From an archaeon (lineage in GTDB: Archaea > Asgardarchaeota > Thorarchaeia > Thorarchaeales > Thorarchaeaceae), in assembly GCA_024276825.1 (NCBI GenBank), contig JAJRWI010000048.1, forward strand, positions 1-57,367: 57,367 nt of DNA, given 5' to 3'. Under the pieces are notes generated by a model. That model worked only from the letters and a program-made list of their open reading frames with translations. It had not been told where the DNA came from and did no database searches. The position numbers and the translations under genes are program-made. Positions 19,131 through 27,614 of this stretch are shown here, one piece after another. Each line of letters starts with the position of its first letter. Positions within the stretch are counted from its first letter, which is position 1.

Positions 19131-19368
19131 TAGGTGGATGCAGAGGGGAATAAAAACTTGCCCTATGGGCTTCGAGGTTCCACCCTCAATTTTGATGAAC
19201 ATGAGTGGTGCTCCAATCCGCTTGCAACCATGGTCTCTCTCTGAACCGCTATGGTGAGAGCGAAATTTCCCTGCAGACGGATATTTCACACCATGGCACA
19301 AAGGACACGCGGAATCCCGGACTTTTGGACTGCGTAAGGAGCCTTATTACCACCTCTGCATCCGACTA
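19131..19368 (-). ncRNA. Candidate structured non-coding RNA of about 235 nt, family not recognised
   Basis: Perfect 11-bp terminal stem (19136-19146 with 19353-19363) extended by G-U pairs on the - strand; several internal helices; TTTATG about 20-25 nt upstream; T5 downstream; GC-richer than AT-rich flanks. Confidence 0.65.
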
Positions 19369-19482
19369 TTATATGACCTGAACCAACATAAACTTTCCTT
19401 ATTTTCCCAACTATTCTACAGGTATAGAATAGTATATAAAGCCTGATGAGCAGATGGTCTTGATACCAATTGGGGTGATCCT

Positions 19483-20550
19483 GTGGAAAAGATCAGAGTT
19501 GCGCTCTTTGGCGTTGGAAACTGTGCAAGTGCACTGGTCCAGGGCATAGAGCATTATCGAGATGCACAAGCCAGTAAAGAGATCATCGGACTGAGCCATC
19601 CTGATTTTGCTGGCTACCATGTCAGTGATATTGAGTTTGTCGCAGCCTTTGATGTGACCACAAGCAAGGTTGGGCTGGACCTCTCAGAAGCCATTTTTGC
19701 AGAACCCAATAATGTTATGCGTTTTGCAAAGGTCCCCACACTCAATGTGAAAGTGCTTAAAGCCCCCATACTTGATGGTGTTGATGACAATCTGCGAGCA
19801 TTAGTTTCAATATCTGAAGATAAGGAAGTTGATGTTACCAGAGCCCTAAAAGACTCGGGAGCAGAGATTGGAGTCTGTTTGATTCCGGGCTCATCTCAAA
19901 AGGCCACCGAATTCTTTGCAAATGCTTGTCTAGAAGCTGGCGTGTCCTTCATCAACGGAACTCCTATCACAATCGCTTCGGACCCAGAATGGCAGAAGAA
20001 GTTTGAAGAACGAAGCCTTGTGCTCGTCGGCGATGACATTCAGGACCAATTGGGCTCAACAGTTCTTCATCGAAGTATTCTGCAATTGCTTGTGGCACGC
20101 GGCGTGAAAGTCGATAAGAGCTATCAACTCGATGTCGGCGGCGGTGCTGAGTCACTTGATTCACATTATAGAGGTAGGATGAGAAAGCGTGGTGTAAAGA
20201 CTTCTGCTATCAGTCAGGATCTTCCATATGAAGCACCCCTCGTTGCAGGATCCTCTGACTATGTTCCATTCTTGGACAATGGGCGTGAGTCTTTCTTCTA
20301 TATTCATGGTCGACAGTTTGGCGGTGCTCCAGTGACCATTGATATTCGAATGGAAGTGACTGATGGTCCAAATGCAGGACCGATTCTCATGGATGCCATA
20401 AGGGGCACAAAACTTGCAATTAAGAGGGGAATAATTGGTGCCCTTGAGTCAATCTCAGCATATGGCTTCAAGAAGCCTCCTGTTCCCACAACAATGTATC
20501 GTGCTGAGAGAATGGTAGAAGAGTTCTTGCTTAACAAGAGGGAACGTTAG
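19483..20550 (+). CDS. ino1: myo-inositol-1(3)-phosphate synthase
   Basis: GVGNCASALVQG, DIEFVAAFDV...KVGLDLSEAIF, LVGDDI..QLG.T.LHR, SDYVPFL, DGPN. Confidence 0.92.
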   Translation: MEKIRVALFGVGNCASALVQGIEHYRDAQASKEIIGLSHPDFAGYHVSDIEFVAAFDVTTSKVGLDLSEAIFAEPNNVMRFAKVPTLNVKVLKAPILDGVDDNLRALVSISEDKEVDVTRALKDSGAEIGVCLIPGSSQKATEFFANACLEAGVSFINGTPITIASDPEWQKKFEERSLVLVGDDIQDQLGSTVLHRSILQLLVARGVKVDKSYQLDVGGGAESLDSHYRGRMRKRGVKTSAISQDLPYEAPLVAGSSDYVPFLDNGRESFFYIHGRQFGGAPVTIDIRMEVTDGPNAGPILMDAIRGTKLAIKRGIIGALESISAYGFKKPPVPTTMYRAERMVEEFLLNKRER

Positions 20551-20554
20551 TCTT

Positions 20555-20959
20555 CTACATGTAAGTCTTCACGTAATTATTGAGGAGCTCCTTGAGCTTC
20601 TCAAGCTCATTTAATATCAGAAACTCCACTTCTTCAGCGGTTTCATGAAGGGTTTCACTGAAGTTCTTCACGCTCTCAAAGCTCTGCATTAACTCTTCAC
20701 GTTTTGCTTTTGTGGTCGCCTTGGGATCATAGACAACAATCAGGTTCTGAGGCTCAAAATTAATCACAATGCTCCTGTCTAGATACATTACTTTCTTGCA
20801 TTTGGGACACTGAACCCGATTAGCCTTGCCTGACTTAAGGTTCTTGATTAACTCGCGGTCCTCGGACAGATCAACATGATCAATAATTTCAGCTTCATAG
20901 ACATGCTTGCACTTTTCACAATGCACTTCTACTGTACTTGTCCCTGGCAGATCAATCAC
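20555..20959 (-). CDS. CpXC-type zinc-ribbon domain protein
   Basis: CEKC...CPKC pairs separated by an ELIKNLKSG helix. Confidence 0.75.
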   Translation of the reverse strand: MIDLPGTSTVEVHCEKCKHVYEAEIIDHVDLSEDRELIKNLKSGKANRVQCPKCKKVMYLDRSIVINFEPQNLIVVYDPKATTKAKREELMQSFESVKNFSETLHETAEEVEFLILNELEKLKELLNNYVKTYM

Positions 20960-21021
20960 CTTTATTGTTTCAACCGATTGTTATTCTCACTTAAGATTTG
21001 CTCATGAGTCAAGTTCCATGG

Positions 21022-21675
21022 TCATTCAGCCTGATCGTCTTCATCAGTGGGGGGCTCCTTGACCTGACCGTTATCTGATGAGACCGACTCTTCAAGAATT
21101 TCCTGAAGTAGATCTGACTCCTTTCCTTCTGTCTTGCGTTTGAACAAAATCCCAGTAATCAAGGCAGTCAATGCAACAGATAATAGGACAATAGGTGCAG
21201 ACTCAAACTGCAAAGCAGCAGCATGGCCAATCAAGGCACCTGCCAGCGTGACAATCACTTTGCCGATAAAATAACTCCCAATGAACTTTGGTACATTATA
21301 CTTCGTCAGCCCGATATAGACTATTAATGGATCATCAGGCACAGGACTTGCGGCAGCAACGAATAGTGCTATTGCGCCCCATTTGTCAACTCGCCTTTTC
21401 TCCTTGTCAAGTGCTGCTATCCGCTCCTCAGACAATACTATCCTAGAGGCACGAATAGCATAGTAATGGATCCCTTTAGCTAAGGTTGCTGAAACTGCTA
21501 CTATTATTCCTATGATTATAGGGTTAAGAAAAGGCAAGGCTAATGCAGCAACTCCTGCAAGAACCATATTGCTGGGACTAAGGAATGGTATCATGTTGAT
21601 TATGAAACACGCAATAAATACGCCAAGATACCCTTCCTGAATCAATGCTATTACTATATCGAATATACTCTGCAA
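21022..21675 (-). CDS. DedA/VTT (SNARE-associated-like) family membrane protein
   Basis: GYLGVFI...NMIPF, LFVAAASPVPDD, KFIGSYFIGK. Confidence 0.8.
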   Translation of the reverse strand: MQSIFDIVIALIQEGYLGVFIACFIINMIPFLSPSNMVLAGVAALALPFLNPIIIGIIVAVSATLAKGIHYYAIRASRIVLSEERIAALDKEKRRVDKWGAIALFVAAASPVPDDPLIVYIGLTKYNVPKFIGSYFIGKVIVTLAGALIGHAAALQFESAPIVLLSVALTALITGILFKRKTEGKESDLLQEILEESVSSDNGQVKEPPTDEDDQAE

Positions 21676-21723
21676 TGGTTCCTTGCTCTCCCATGAATAA
21701 TGAACGGAATCTATCGCATAATT

Positions 21724-22152
21724 CTATTTCTGGACATTCTCAGCCAGAACCTGTTTAATCCCTTCAAGGCTCCTTAATGAATTCACAAGCTCATCCAATT
21801 CGACTGTCAATTGTCCAGGATTGAAGTAGCACTCATAATAGCATCGTGTGCCCCTGAGGCAGACTCCCGTTGCAAACAAGAGGTCCACAAGTCCACACTC
21901 TTTGAAGACTCTTGACAGGTTTGACAAGAAATCATTAGTCAACTTGGCAATTTCGATACTGAGATATACTATATCATCATCGCTGACGGGGAATATCTTG
22001 ACCTGTCGGTCTTTATACACCAATACCATTAATCCAAGATCACTTCCAAGGCCCTCTTTGAATGCCCTTGGAAATGTTACTTTCTCAGACTCATCAAAAA
22101 CAAGGACTCGTCCCATTGTGGCACCTTCATAACTACCCTCATCATCGGTCAT
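21724..22152 (-). CDS. Putative AbrB-like plus ACT-like regulator
   Basis: N-terminal VFDESEKVTFPRAFKEGLG resembles AbrB; C-terminal beta-alpha pattern ends LRSLEGIKQV. Confidence 0.5.
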   Translation of the reverse strand: MTDDEGSYEGATMGRVLVFDESEKVTFPRAFKEGLGSDLGLMVLVYKDRQVKIFPVSDDDIVYLSIEIAKLTNDFLSNLSRVFKECGLVDLLFATGVCLRGTRCYYECYFNPGQLTVELDELVNSLRSLEGIKQVLAENVQK

Positions 22153-22255
22153 TTTAATTGCATCTCCAAATGCTGTGGACTAACGGGATACATCATTCAT
22201 CTATCAGATATAAATAAACCTACTTCGTTATTAATCATACAGACGAGGGAATTAC

Positions 22256-23479
22256 TTGAACAGAAGGAACCTTGTCATCTGGTCTCTATACGACTTTGCC
22301 ACTACGCCAGTAGCTTTTGCAATAAATGCGATGTATTTGCCTTTAATGATAATCTCTGCTGGTGGGAATTATGAGGTTGTTGGTCTTCTGCCGCTGATAA
22401 CTGGTATTGTGGCGACCTTCTGGAACCCATTTGTTGGACAGATTATTGACTCATCAACGGATAGATCAAGAACACGCCATTTAGTAATAATTCTATCAGT
22501 CGTGCTGGCCACTGTTTCTATTGTCGGAATGGTCATGCTTCCCCTACTGAATGCGCTTGTTCTATTATTTGGCACAATGTCTATTGGTGTTCAGACAGGA
22601 TGGACTGCGGTGAACTCTTATTTGGCGAGCGAAACAAGAAAAACCCGACTTGGCTCAGCCTCTGGCTTTGGGACTCTAATGGGATATCTGGGGGGAGGAA
22701 TAGGTGCTGGACTTGCTGTGGTAATTGAGTATATGTTTGGGATGAATTATTCTCTACTATTCATTGCCTGCTTTCTGCTTACCTTCGGAATTGCCCCTGG
22801 CATCCTGCTTGAAGAGTCCAGTGAAACGATGGGAAGCGGCAAATCAATCGCTGACGGCCTTTCAGACTCTCTTGATGTTATACGCAGGAGTAGGTCTCTA
22901 AAGGCCTGTCTAATTGCATCAATTCTATGGACTGATGCACTATCAACCATTATGACATTTGCCTCCCTTATTGCCATTGATGTTCTAAATGTGCCTGAAT
23001 CAAATGCATCACTATTTCTTGCAATGGCACTCCCTGCGGCAATCCTTGGTGGCTTTGTTCAGGGCAAGGCTGGAGACTGCTTTGGTCTAGTAAATGTTAT
23101 GATCTTCAATCTTGTGTTTTGGTCTGCAGGCTATTTGCTCATCATGCTTTACGGTGCTTTCATCCCAATTGTGGTCATCTCAACCGTAGCAGGCTTTGCT
23201 TTAGGTGGCTCAATCACTCTAACACGAGCAATATACGCCAAGATTCTTCCTCGCGGCTTTGAAGGGCGCTTGTTTGGCATTGCAGCCATGTTCTTCTTCT
23301 TTGGCGGTGCTATTGGCCCTTTTCTCACAGGTCTTGTGGCAGTCCTGCCATATATGACGCTCAGAACAGCTCTTATTGTGCCCTTTCTCTTTACAATAGC
23401 ATCAGTCCCCTTTCTAATACTTGTTGATGAAAATAGTGTTGCTTTTGAATATGTGACCAAACATAATCATGTGCTTTAG
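22256..23479 (+). CDS. MFS transporter (UMF1/Atg22-like)
   Basis: WSLYDFA, LGSASGFG...GYLGG, RAIYAKILP.G.EGRLFG; 12 TM. Confidence 0.85.
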   Translation: MNRRNLVIWSLYDFATTPVAFAINAMYLPLMIISAGGNYEVVGLLPLITGIVATFWNPFVGQIIDSSTDRSRTRHLVIILSVVLATVSIVGMVMLPLLNALVLLFGTMSIGVQTGWTAVNSYLASETRKTRLGSASGFGTLMGYLGGGIGAGLAVVIEYMFGMNYSLLFIACFLLTFGIAPGILLEESSETMGSGKSIADGLSDSLDVIRRSRSLKACLIASILWTDALSTIMTFASLIAIDVLNVPESNASLFLAMALPAAILGGFVQGKAGDCFGLVNVMIFNLVFWSAGYLLIMLYGAFIPIVVISTVAGFALGGSITLTRAIYAKILPRGFEGRLFGIAAMFFFFGGAIGPFLTGLVAVLPYMTLRTALIVPFLFTIASVPFLILVDENSVAFEYVTKHNHVL

Positions 23480-23731
23480 ATGACTGCCAAATCGTTCCGT
23501 CCTGAAAAGTTTCGCTATATCAGTGATTTAAGAATTCAATATTATTGCGAGTATCGCTTGTTGTTGAAACTTAAACTTGGATCACAGCCTTCTGAATTGA
23601 GTAGAATGGGAACTCAACTACACAATCAAATCATAGATGATGGCTTGGAACAAAAGACAGTCAATTGGACTTTTAGAATAATTCTATTCCTTGCTGTTCT
23701 GGTCTTAACATTTCTCTTAATTCTGTGGTGA
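23480..23731 (+). CDS. N-terminal half of a Cas4-like nuclease with C-terminal TM helix
   Basis: ISDLRIQYYCEYRL...MGTQLH matches the Cas4/AddB N-terminal Cys and G..H motif; ends in IILFLAVLVLTFLLILW. Confidence 0.7.
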   Translation: MTAKSFRPEKFRYISDLRIQYYCEYRLLLKLKLGSQPSELSRMGTQLHNQIIDDGLEQKTVNWTFRIILFLAVLVLTFLLILW

Positions 23732-23736
23732 TACAA

Positions 23737-24396
23737 ATGAACTACTCTGAATTGGCAATGATAGCCCTGCTTTTTACAATGGTATTTGCTTTGCCATACC
23801 TACTATGGCTTAGGCAAACTACTAATTCAAAGCAACTTTTCATAACATCTAAAGTTGCAAATATTTCTTTATATAAATTTTTGAATCTTCTTCCATCAAA
23901 AAGAGAACTCGGTACTCGCCATAGGTTCTACGAGCAATCAGTACGATCACTGGAGCACAAGCTAGTGGGCCGTTTTGACTCTGCAGTCTTTCATTGGAGT
24001 GCAAATGGCCCCGTTCTTGACATGATAATTGAATATAAATTTCCAGTGAGATTCATCCCACAAAAGGCCTATAGCCATGACATGTTTCAGACAGGGCTTT
24101 ATGCTCTTGCTCTTGCAGACTTGGGTGTGATCACAAATAACACTCGACTTGTTGTGCTTTATTGTCTTCAGGGAGTGGCAAGAAAATGTCTGAAATCTAG
24201 AAGGCATGGATGCAGCCTATGCGGCAGGGGAAGGATCTTTGTGAACTCCTTCAAACGGGTCAAAATCATTAAAGCATTGGAACGCCTTGATCAGGTCTGG
24301 TCTGAACTCAGAAGCCCCAAAGCGGGACCATCCAAGAGCAGGTGCATTGCATGCCCATATAGTCGTGGAAATGGATGCAAGTATTCTGCAGTGTGA
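23737..24396 (+). CDS. C-terminal half of a Cas4-like PD-(D/E)XK nuclease with N-terminal TM helix
   Basis: LVGRFD (motif II), IEYK (motif III), QTGLY (QxxxY), CIACPY...C; SD-like GGTGA 5 nt before ATG 23737. Confidence 0.8.
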   Translation: MNYSELAMIALLFTMVFALPYLLWLRQTTNSKQLFITSKVANISLYKFLNLLPSKRELGTRHRFYEQSVRSLEHKLVGRFDSAVFHWSANGPVLDMIIEYKFPVRFIPQKAYSHDMFQTGLYALALADLGVITNNTRLVVLYCLQGVARKCLKSRRHGCSLCGRGRIFVNSFKRVKIIKALERLDQVWSELRSPKAGPSKSRCIACPYSRGNGCKYSAV

Positions 24397-24434
24397 TTGC
24401 AACCATAAGAGTCATTTTCATCTTTGCCTCCAAT

Positions 24435-24851
24435 ATGCCCATGAAAGAACTGAACGAGTTCTACGAGATTGTCCTACAATCCAAGTCAGCCTTAAAAGAG
24501 ATCTACTATTCATTCTCGTCAGAACAAAAAAAAGGGATAGTCAAACCGCTAGTCGCATTGACAATCAAGATTCAGCAAAGCGTTGAAGACCTTGTGCGTG
24601 CATTCAACAAGTCTTCGAAGGCTCGTGCAGTTCTCAAAGACAAGGTCGTTTCAATCTCACTCAAGAAATGGTCGGGCGGTATTCCTTCTCGGGTGAAAAA
24701 TATCATCAAGCACAAGAAGATGAGTCCAACTCAATTGAGTCAATTTGCTGACAGTCTAATGAAGTATCTTGATGAAATTCATTACACGCTGCAAAAATGG
24801 AATAATGACATCAGGGGCTTGGAGGATATTCCGAAACCTCCTAGAAACTAG
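24435..24851 (+). CDS. Hypothetical basic alpha-helical protein
   Basis: Open frame with amphipathic helices; ATG at 24435 or 24441. Confidence 0.65.
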   Translation: MPMKELNEFYEIVLQSKSALKEIYYSFSSEQKKGIVKPLVALTIKIQQSVEDLVRAFNKSSKARAVLKDKVVSISLKKWSGGIPSRVKNIIKHKKMSPTQLSQFADSLMKYLDEIHYTLQKWNNDIRGLEDIPKPPRN

Positions 24852-24852
24852 A

Positions 24853-25944
24853 CTACCAGCGGAGTCTTGCAGCAACCCCACCAAATGACTTGAGTTGAGC
24901 ACCGGATTCCGTGTGTGTTGAGAATACCATCAAGTTCGCATTTGTTGCCATTGTGAGATCGATAAACTCTTCGAGAAGATCGTGTTTGTCCTCAATAATC
25001 ATAAGGGTTTCCACACGACCCTGTTGAAGGGCCTTACGAACCTCTTTCTCACCATAAGCGACTATCGAGCTGCCCTTCATCAGCTCTTCCATGAACTTGT
25101 CCCAAGCCTGTCTTTCGGCATAGATCTCGGTTTCCTTGAGTACTCGAGATGCTTCTTTCATTGCTTGATAAAGGCCAGTTTCATCAACCACACTGACCGG
25201 AATGATTGTTTCTGCGACCTTCTCACGAATTCTGTAATCAAGACCACTCTTCTCCAAGAACTCCTGTGCCCTGATGGTGTTTCCGCCAAGAACAATGGCA
25301 TCCACCTGATCAAGCTTGTCAAGTAGCAACTCTTCAAGAACTCTCGCTGCATGCTTGAAGAACTCTTGCATCTTTTCCTCCCTAATCCTTAGATAACGCT
25401 TAGCACTCTGTCCGCCTGCTCTTGTCTTTCCAATGATATAGAAGTCCTCGTTTTTCACCAGTTCAATATGCTTGCCCTTCAGATAGCCAATTGTGAGTTT
25501 CCCTCCCTCGATGAGTACAATTACAACTAGGCTCTTTGGTTGGGTCATACTCTCCAATTCATCAAGCACGAACTCCCGCCCACATACATAGATAAATTGA
25601 GATATTGGAGCGGGGGGAACAATCATCTCTCTGATCTCCTTATTTGTACCCCCTTCCTCAAGAATTCCGAAGAAGAATACAATGCCGGTCTCAGGGATTT
25701 CGTTCATCTTTGTTAATTCACTGAGAATGGCAGTGAGGTTATCCTGCACGTTCTTCCTGTTGGCCTTGCTTTTAATGTTATCAGCACCCGAGAGTTCAGT
25801 CCTGACAAAACCGATTACGTCAGTGAGACTCTTTGATGGAGGAACATATAATGTAGTGAATGAACTATGCCTGCCTTTGTAGGCCTTCAATTCCTTTATC
25901 TTTCGCTTTAATGCTTGTCTTGCTGCTTCCAGTTCGTCCACCAC
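24853..25944 (-). CDS. prf1: Peptide chain release factor aRF1
   Basis: ADNIKSK, YVCG..F, RAGGQSA.RY, VAYG, QLKSFGGVAARLRW. Confidence 0.95.
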   Translation of the reverse strand: MVDELEAARQALKRKIKELKAYKGRHSSFTTLYVPPSKSLTDVIGFVRTELSGADNIKSKANRKNVQDNLTAILSELTKMNEIPETGIVFFFGILEEGGTNKEIREMIVPPAPISQFIYVCGREFVLDELESMTQPKSLVVIVLIEGGKLTIGYLKGKHIELVKNEDFYIIGKTRAGGQSAKRYLRIREEKMQEFFKHAARVLEELLLDKLDQVDAIVLGGNTIRAQEFLEKSGLDYRIREKVAETIIPVSVVDETGLYQAMKEASRVLKETEIYAERQAWDKFMEELMKGSSIVAYGEKEVRKALQQGRVETLMIIEDKHDLLEEFIDLTMATNANLMVFSTHTESGAQLKSFGGVAARLRW

Positions 25945-26150
25945 CAGTAATCACAGGAGGTCATCAAGAAGAAGACGTGATGTCCGATTTCTATTCCTCC
26001 GCCCAAATAAAACTATTTTAACATTGTGTAGTGTAGATGAATCAAGGCATATTGATAAGCAACATATGAATCATTGTTTCAGTGAATTACTCCCTTACCA
26101 ATATTGGAGCAATCATCTAGGTTTTATTGTCCTCAAGGCATTGATTAGAT

Positions 26151-26570
26151 ATGAAAAGTCTTACAAAATATCTAACATTTAATGTTCCTGCACGAATGGA
26201 CTTTGTTCATATCACTCCACAGGTACGGAAGGCGGTTGAAGAAAGCGGTGTTCGTGAAGGCCTGTGTCTAGTGAATGCAATGCATATAACAGCGAGCGTA
26301 TTCATTAACGACAATGAAAGCGGACTTCACAATGACTACAAGCGATGGCTTGAGGAACTCGCTCCCCATGAACCGATCAGTCGCTATGACCACAATCGCA
26401 CAGGTGAGGACAATGGCGATGCCCACTTGAAGCGTCAAATCATGGGACGTGAGGTCATTGTGGCGATAACCAATGGCAGACTCGATTTAGGTCCTTGGGA
26501 GGCTATCTTCTATGCCGAGTTCGACGGACGCAGACCAAAGCGTGTGTTGATCAAGATTATTGGTGAGTGA
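26151..26570 (+). CDS. yjbQ: YjbQ/UPF0047 family protein
   Basis: [43 protein letters not shown]. Confidence 0.93.
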   Translation: MKSLTKYLTFNVPARMDFVHITPQVRKAVEESGVREGLCLVNAMHITASVFINDNESGLHNDYKRWLEELAPHEPISRYDHNRTGEDNGDAHLKRQIMGREVIVAITNGRLDLGPWEAIFYAEFDGRRPKRVLIKIIGE

Positions 26571-26571
26571 T

Positions 26572-26718
26572 AGCCTACCCTTGCTAATCTGGTTCATTAT
26601 TGATACTATTTTCTCCATCTACTCCAATATCCTCGCTAATGTCCTTCTCAATAACATCATGTTTGTGCTGGCAATTCCTTCACTTATCTTGGCTAGAAAG
26701 TATTTCACTCACAACTGA
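26572..26718 (+). pseudogene. Start-less C-terminal remnant of a membrane protein gene
   Basis: Manual translation SLPLLIWFIIDTIFSIYSNILANVLLNNIMFVLAIPSLILARKYFTHN*; two hydrophobic helices; begins directly after the yjbQ stop. Confidence 0.45.
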
Positions 26719-26931
26719 GAGCTCAAATAATAATGAAAAAACGATAGCCTCTAATTCATTTGGTTTGAAGACCTAAGCGTATGTTACAAACATCCATATT
26801 TTAGATTATAATCAAACTGCGAATGAGTGGAGAAAAATCGTCAATGCACTTTTTCCCAATAGCCCCCGAAATCTCAAAACTATAGCTCCCCTCCAACTTG
26901 GCGATTTGCTCCGCTCATTTATCATAACAAT

Positions 26932-26959
26932 AAAAAAGTCCTGGGCACTTGGCCCAGGA
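26932..26959 (-). terminator. Hairpin plus U-tract after rubrerythrin
   Basis: TCCTGGGC-acttg-GCCCAGGA stem with A6 on + strand. Confidence 0.6.
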
Positions 26960-26969
26960 AATAGTATTC

Positions 26970-27554
26970 TTAGAAGTCTTTCACATGGAGTTTGAAGTAG
27001 CCCTTGTCATGTTGACAGGCAGGACACTTTGCAGGTGGTTCTTCTCCAATGTGGATATAACCGCAATTCTGACAGACCCATGCGACCTTCTCTTCACGTT
27101 TGAACAATCTACCGCTCTCAACGAGTTCAACCAATGAAGTAAATCTCTCATGATGCCATTCTTCTGATCTCATCACCATTCGCCATGTATGAGCGACTGA
27201 AGTAAATCCTTCTTCTTCAGCAATTTTTGCAAATTCTGGATAAAGTTCAGTGAATTCATGTTTCTCTCCAGCAGCAGCAGACCTGAGGTTTTCAAGAGTT
27301 GTTCCTAGAGCGTTGGCAGGATATGCTGCGGTAATCTCCAATTCGGGAGCTGCATTTCCTTCCTTAAGATGTTTGAAGAACCTCTCAGCATGCTCTTTCT
27401 CATGCCCTGCGGTTTCTTCAAATACCCTTGAAATTTGCACATATCCTTCTTTCTTAGCAATGCTGGCATAGAAGGTGTATCTATTCCTTGCTTGTGATTC
27501 GCCTGCGAAAGATGCAAGTAGATTCTTCTCAGTGCGTGTACCTTTCAGTTCCAT
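26970..27554 (-). CDS. rbr: Rubrerythrin
   Basis: FAGESQARNRY, EKEHA, GEKHE...LYP, E..H, CQNCGY...CPAC. Confidence 0.96.
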   Translation of the reverse strand: MELKGTRTEKNLLASFAGESQARNRYTFYASIAKKEGYVQISRVFEETAGHEKEHAERFFKHLKEGNAAPELEITAAYPANALGTTLENLRSAAAGEKHEFTELYPEFAKIAEEEGFTSVAHTWRMVMRSEEWHHERFTSLVELVESGRLFKREEKVAWVCQNCGYIHIGEEPPAKCPACQHDKGYFKLHVKDF

Positions 27555-27614
27555 TTCCTCTCACCTTTTCTTACTTGTCCCTTAATTGCAATTATTTCTT
27601 GCTTTTATCGTTGT

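Noticed and set aside
19095-19301. 68-aa ORF overlapping the structured region
   Set aside because: GTG start without RBS, no protein motif, and it lies inside an end-paired RNA-like element
19131-19368. Assignment as RNase P, SRP RNA, group I intron or a known riboswitch
   Set aside because: AAAGUCCGGG resembles RNase P CR-I and GUUCAGAGA resembles group I R, but the required partner motifs (CR-V, Q/S, SRP helix 8, riboswitch cores) are absent
23480-24396. CRISPR-Cas locus
   Set aside because: No repeat-spacer array and no cas1, cas2 or effector genes in the window
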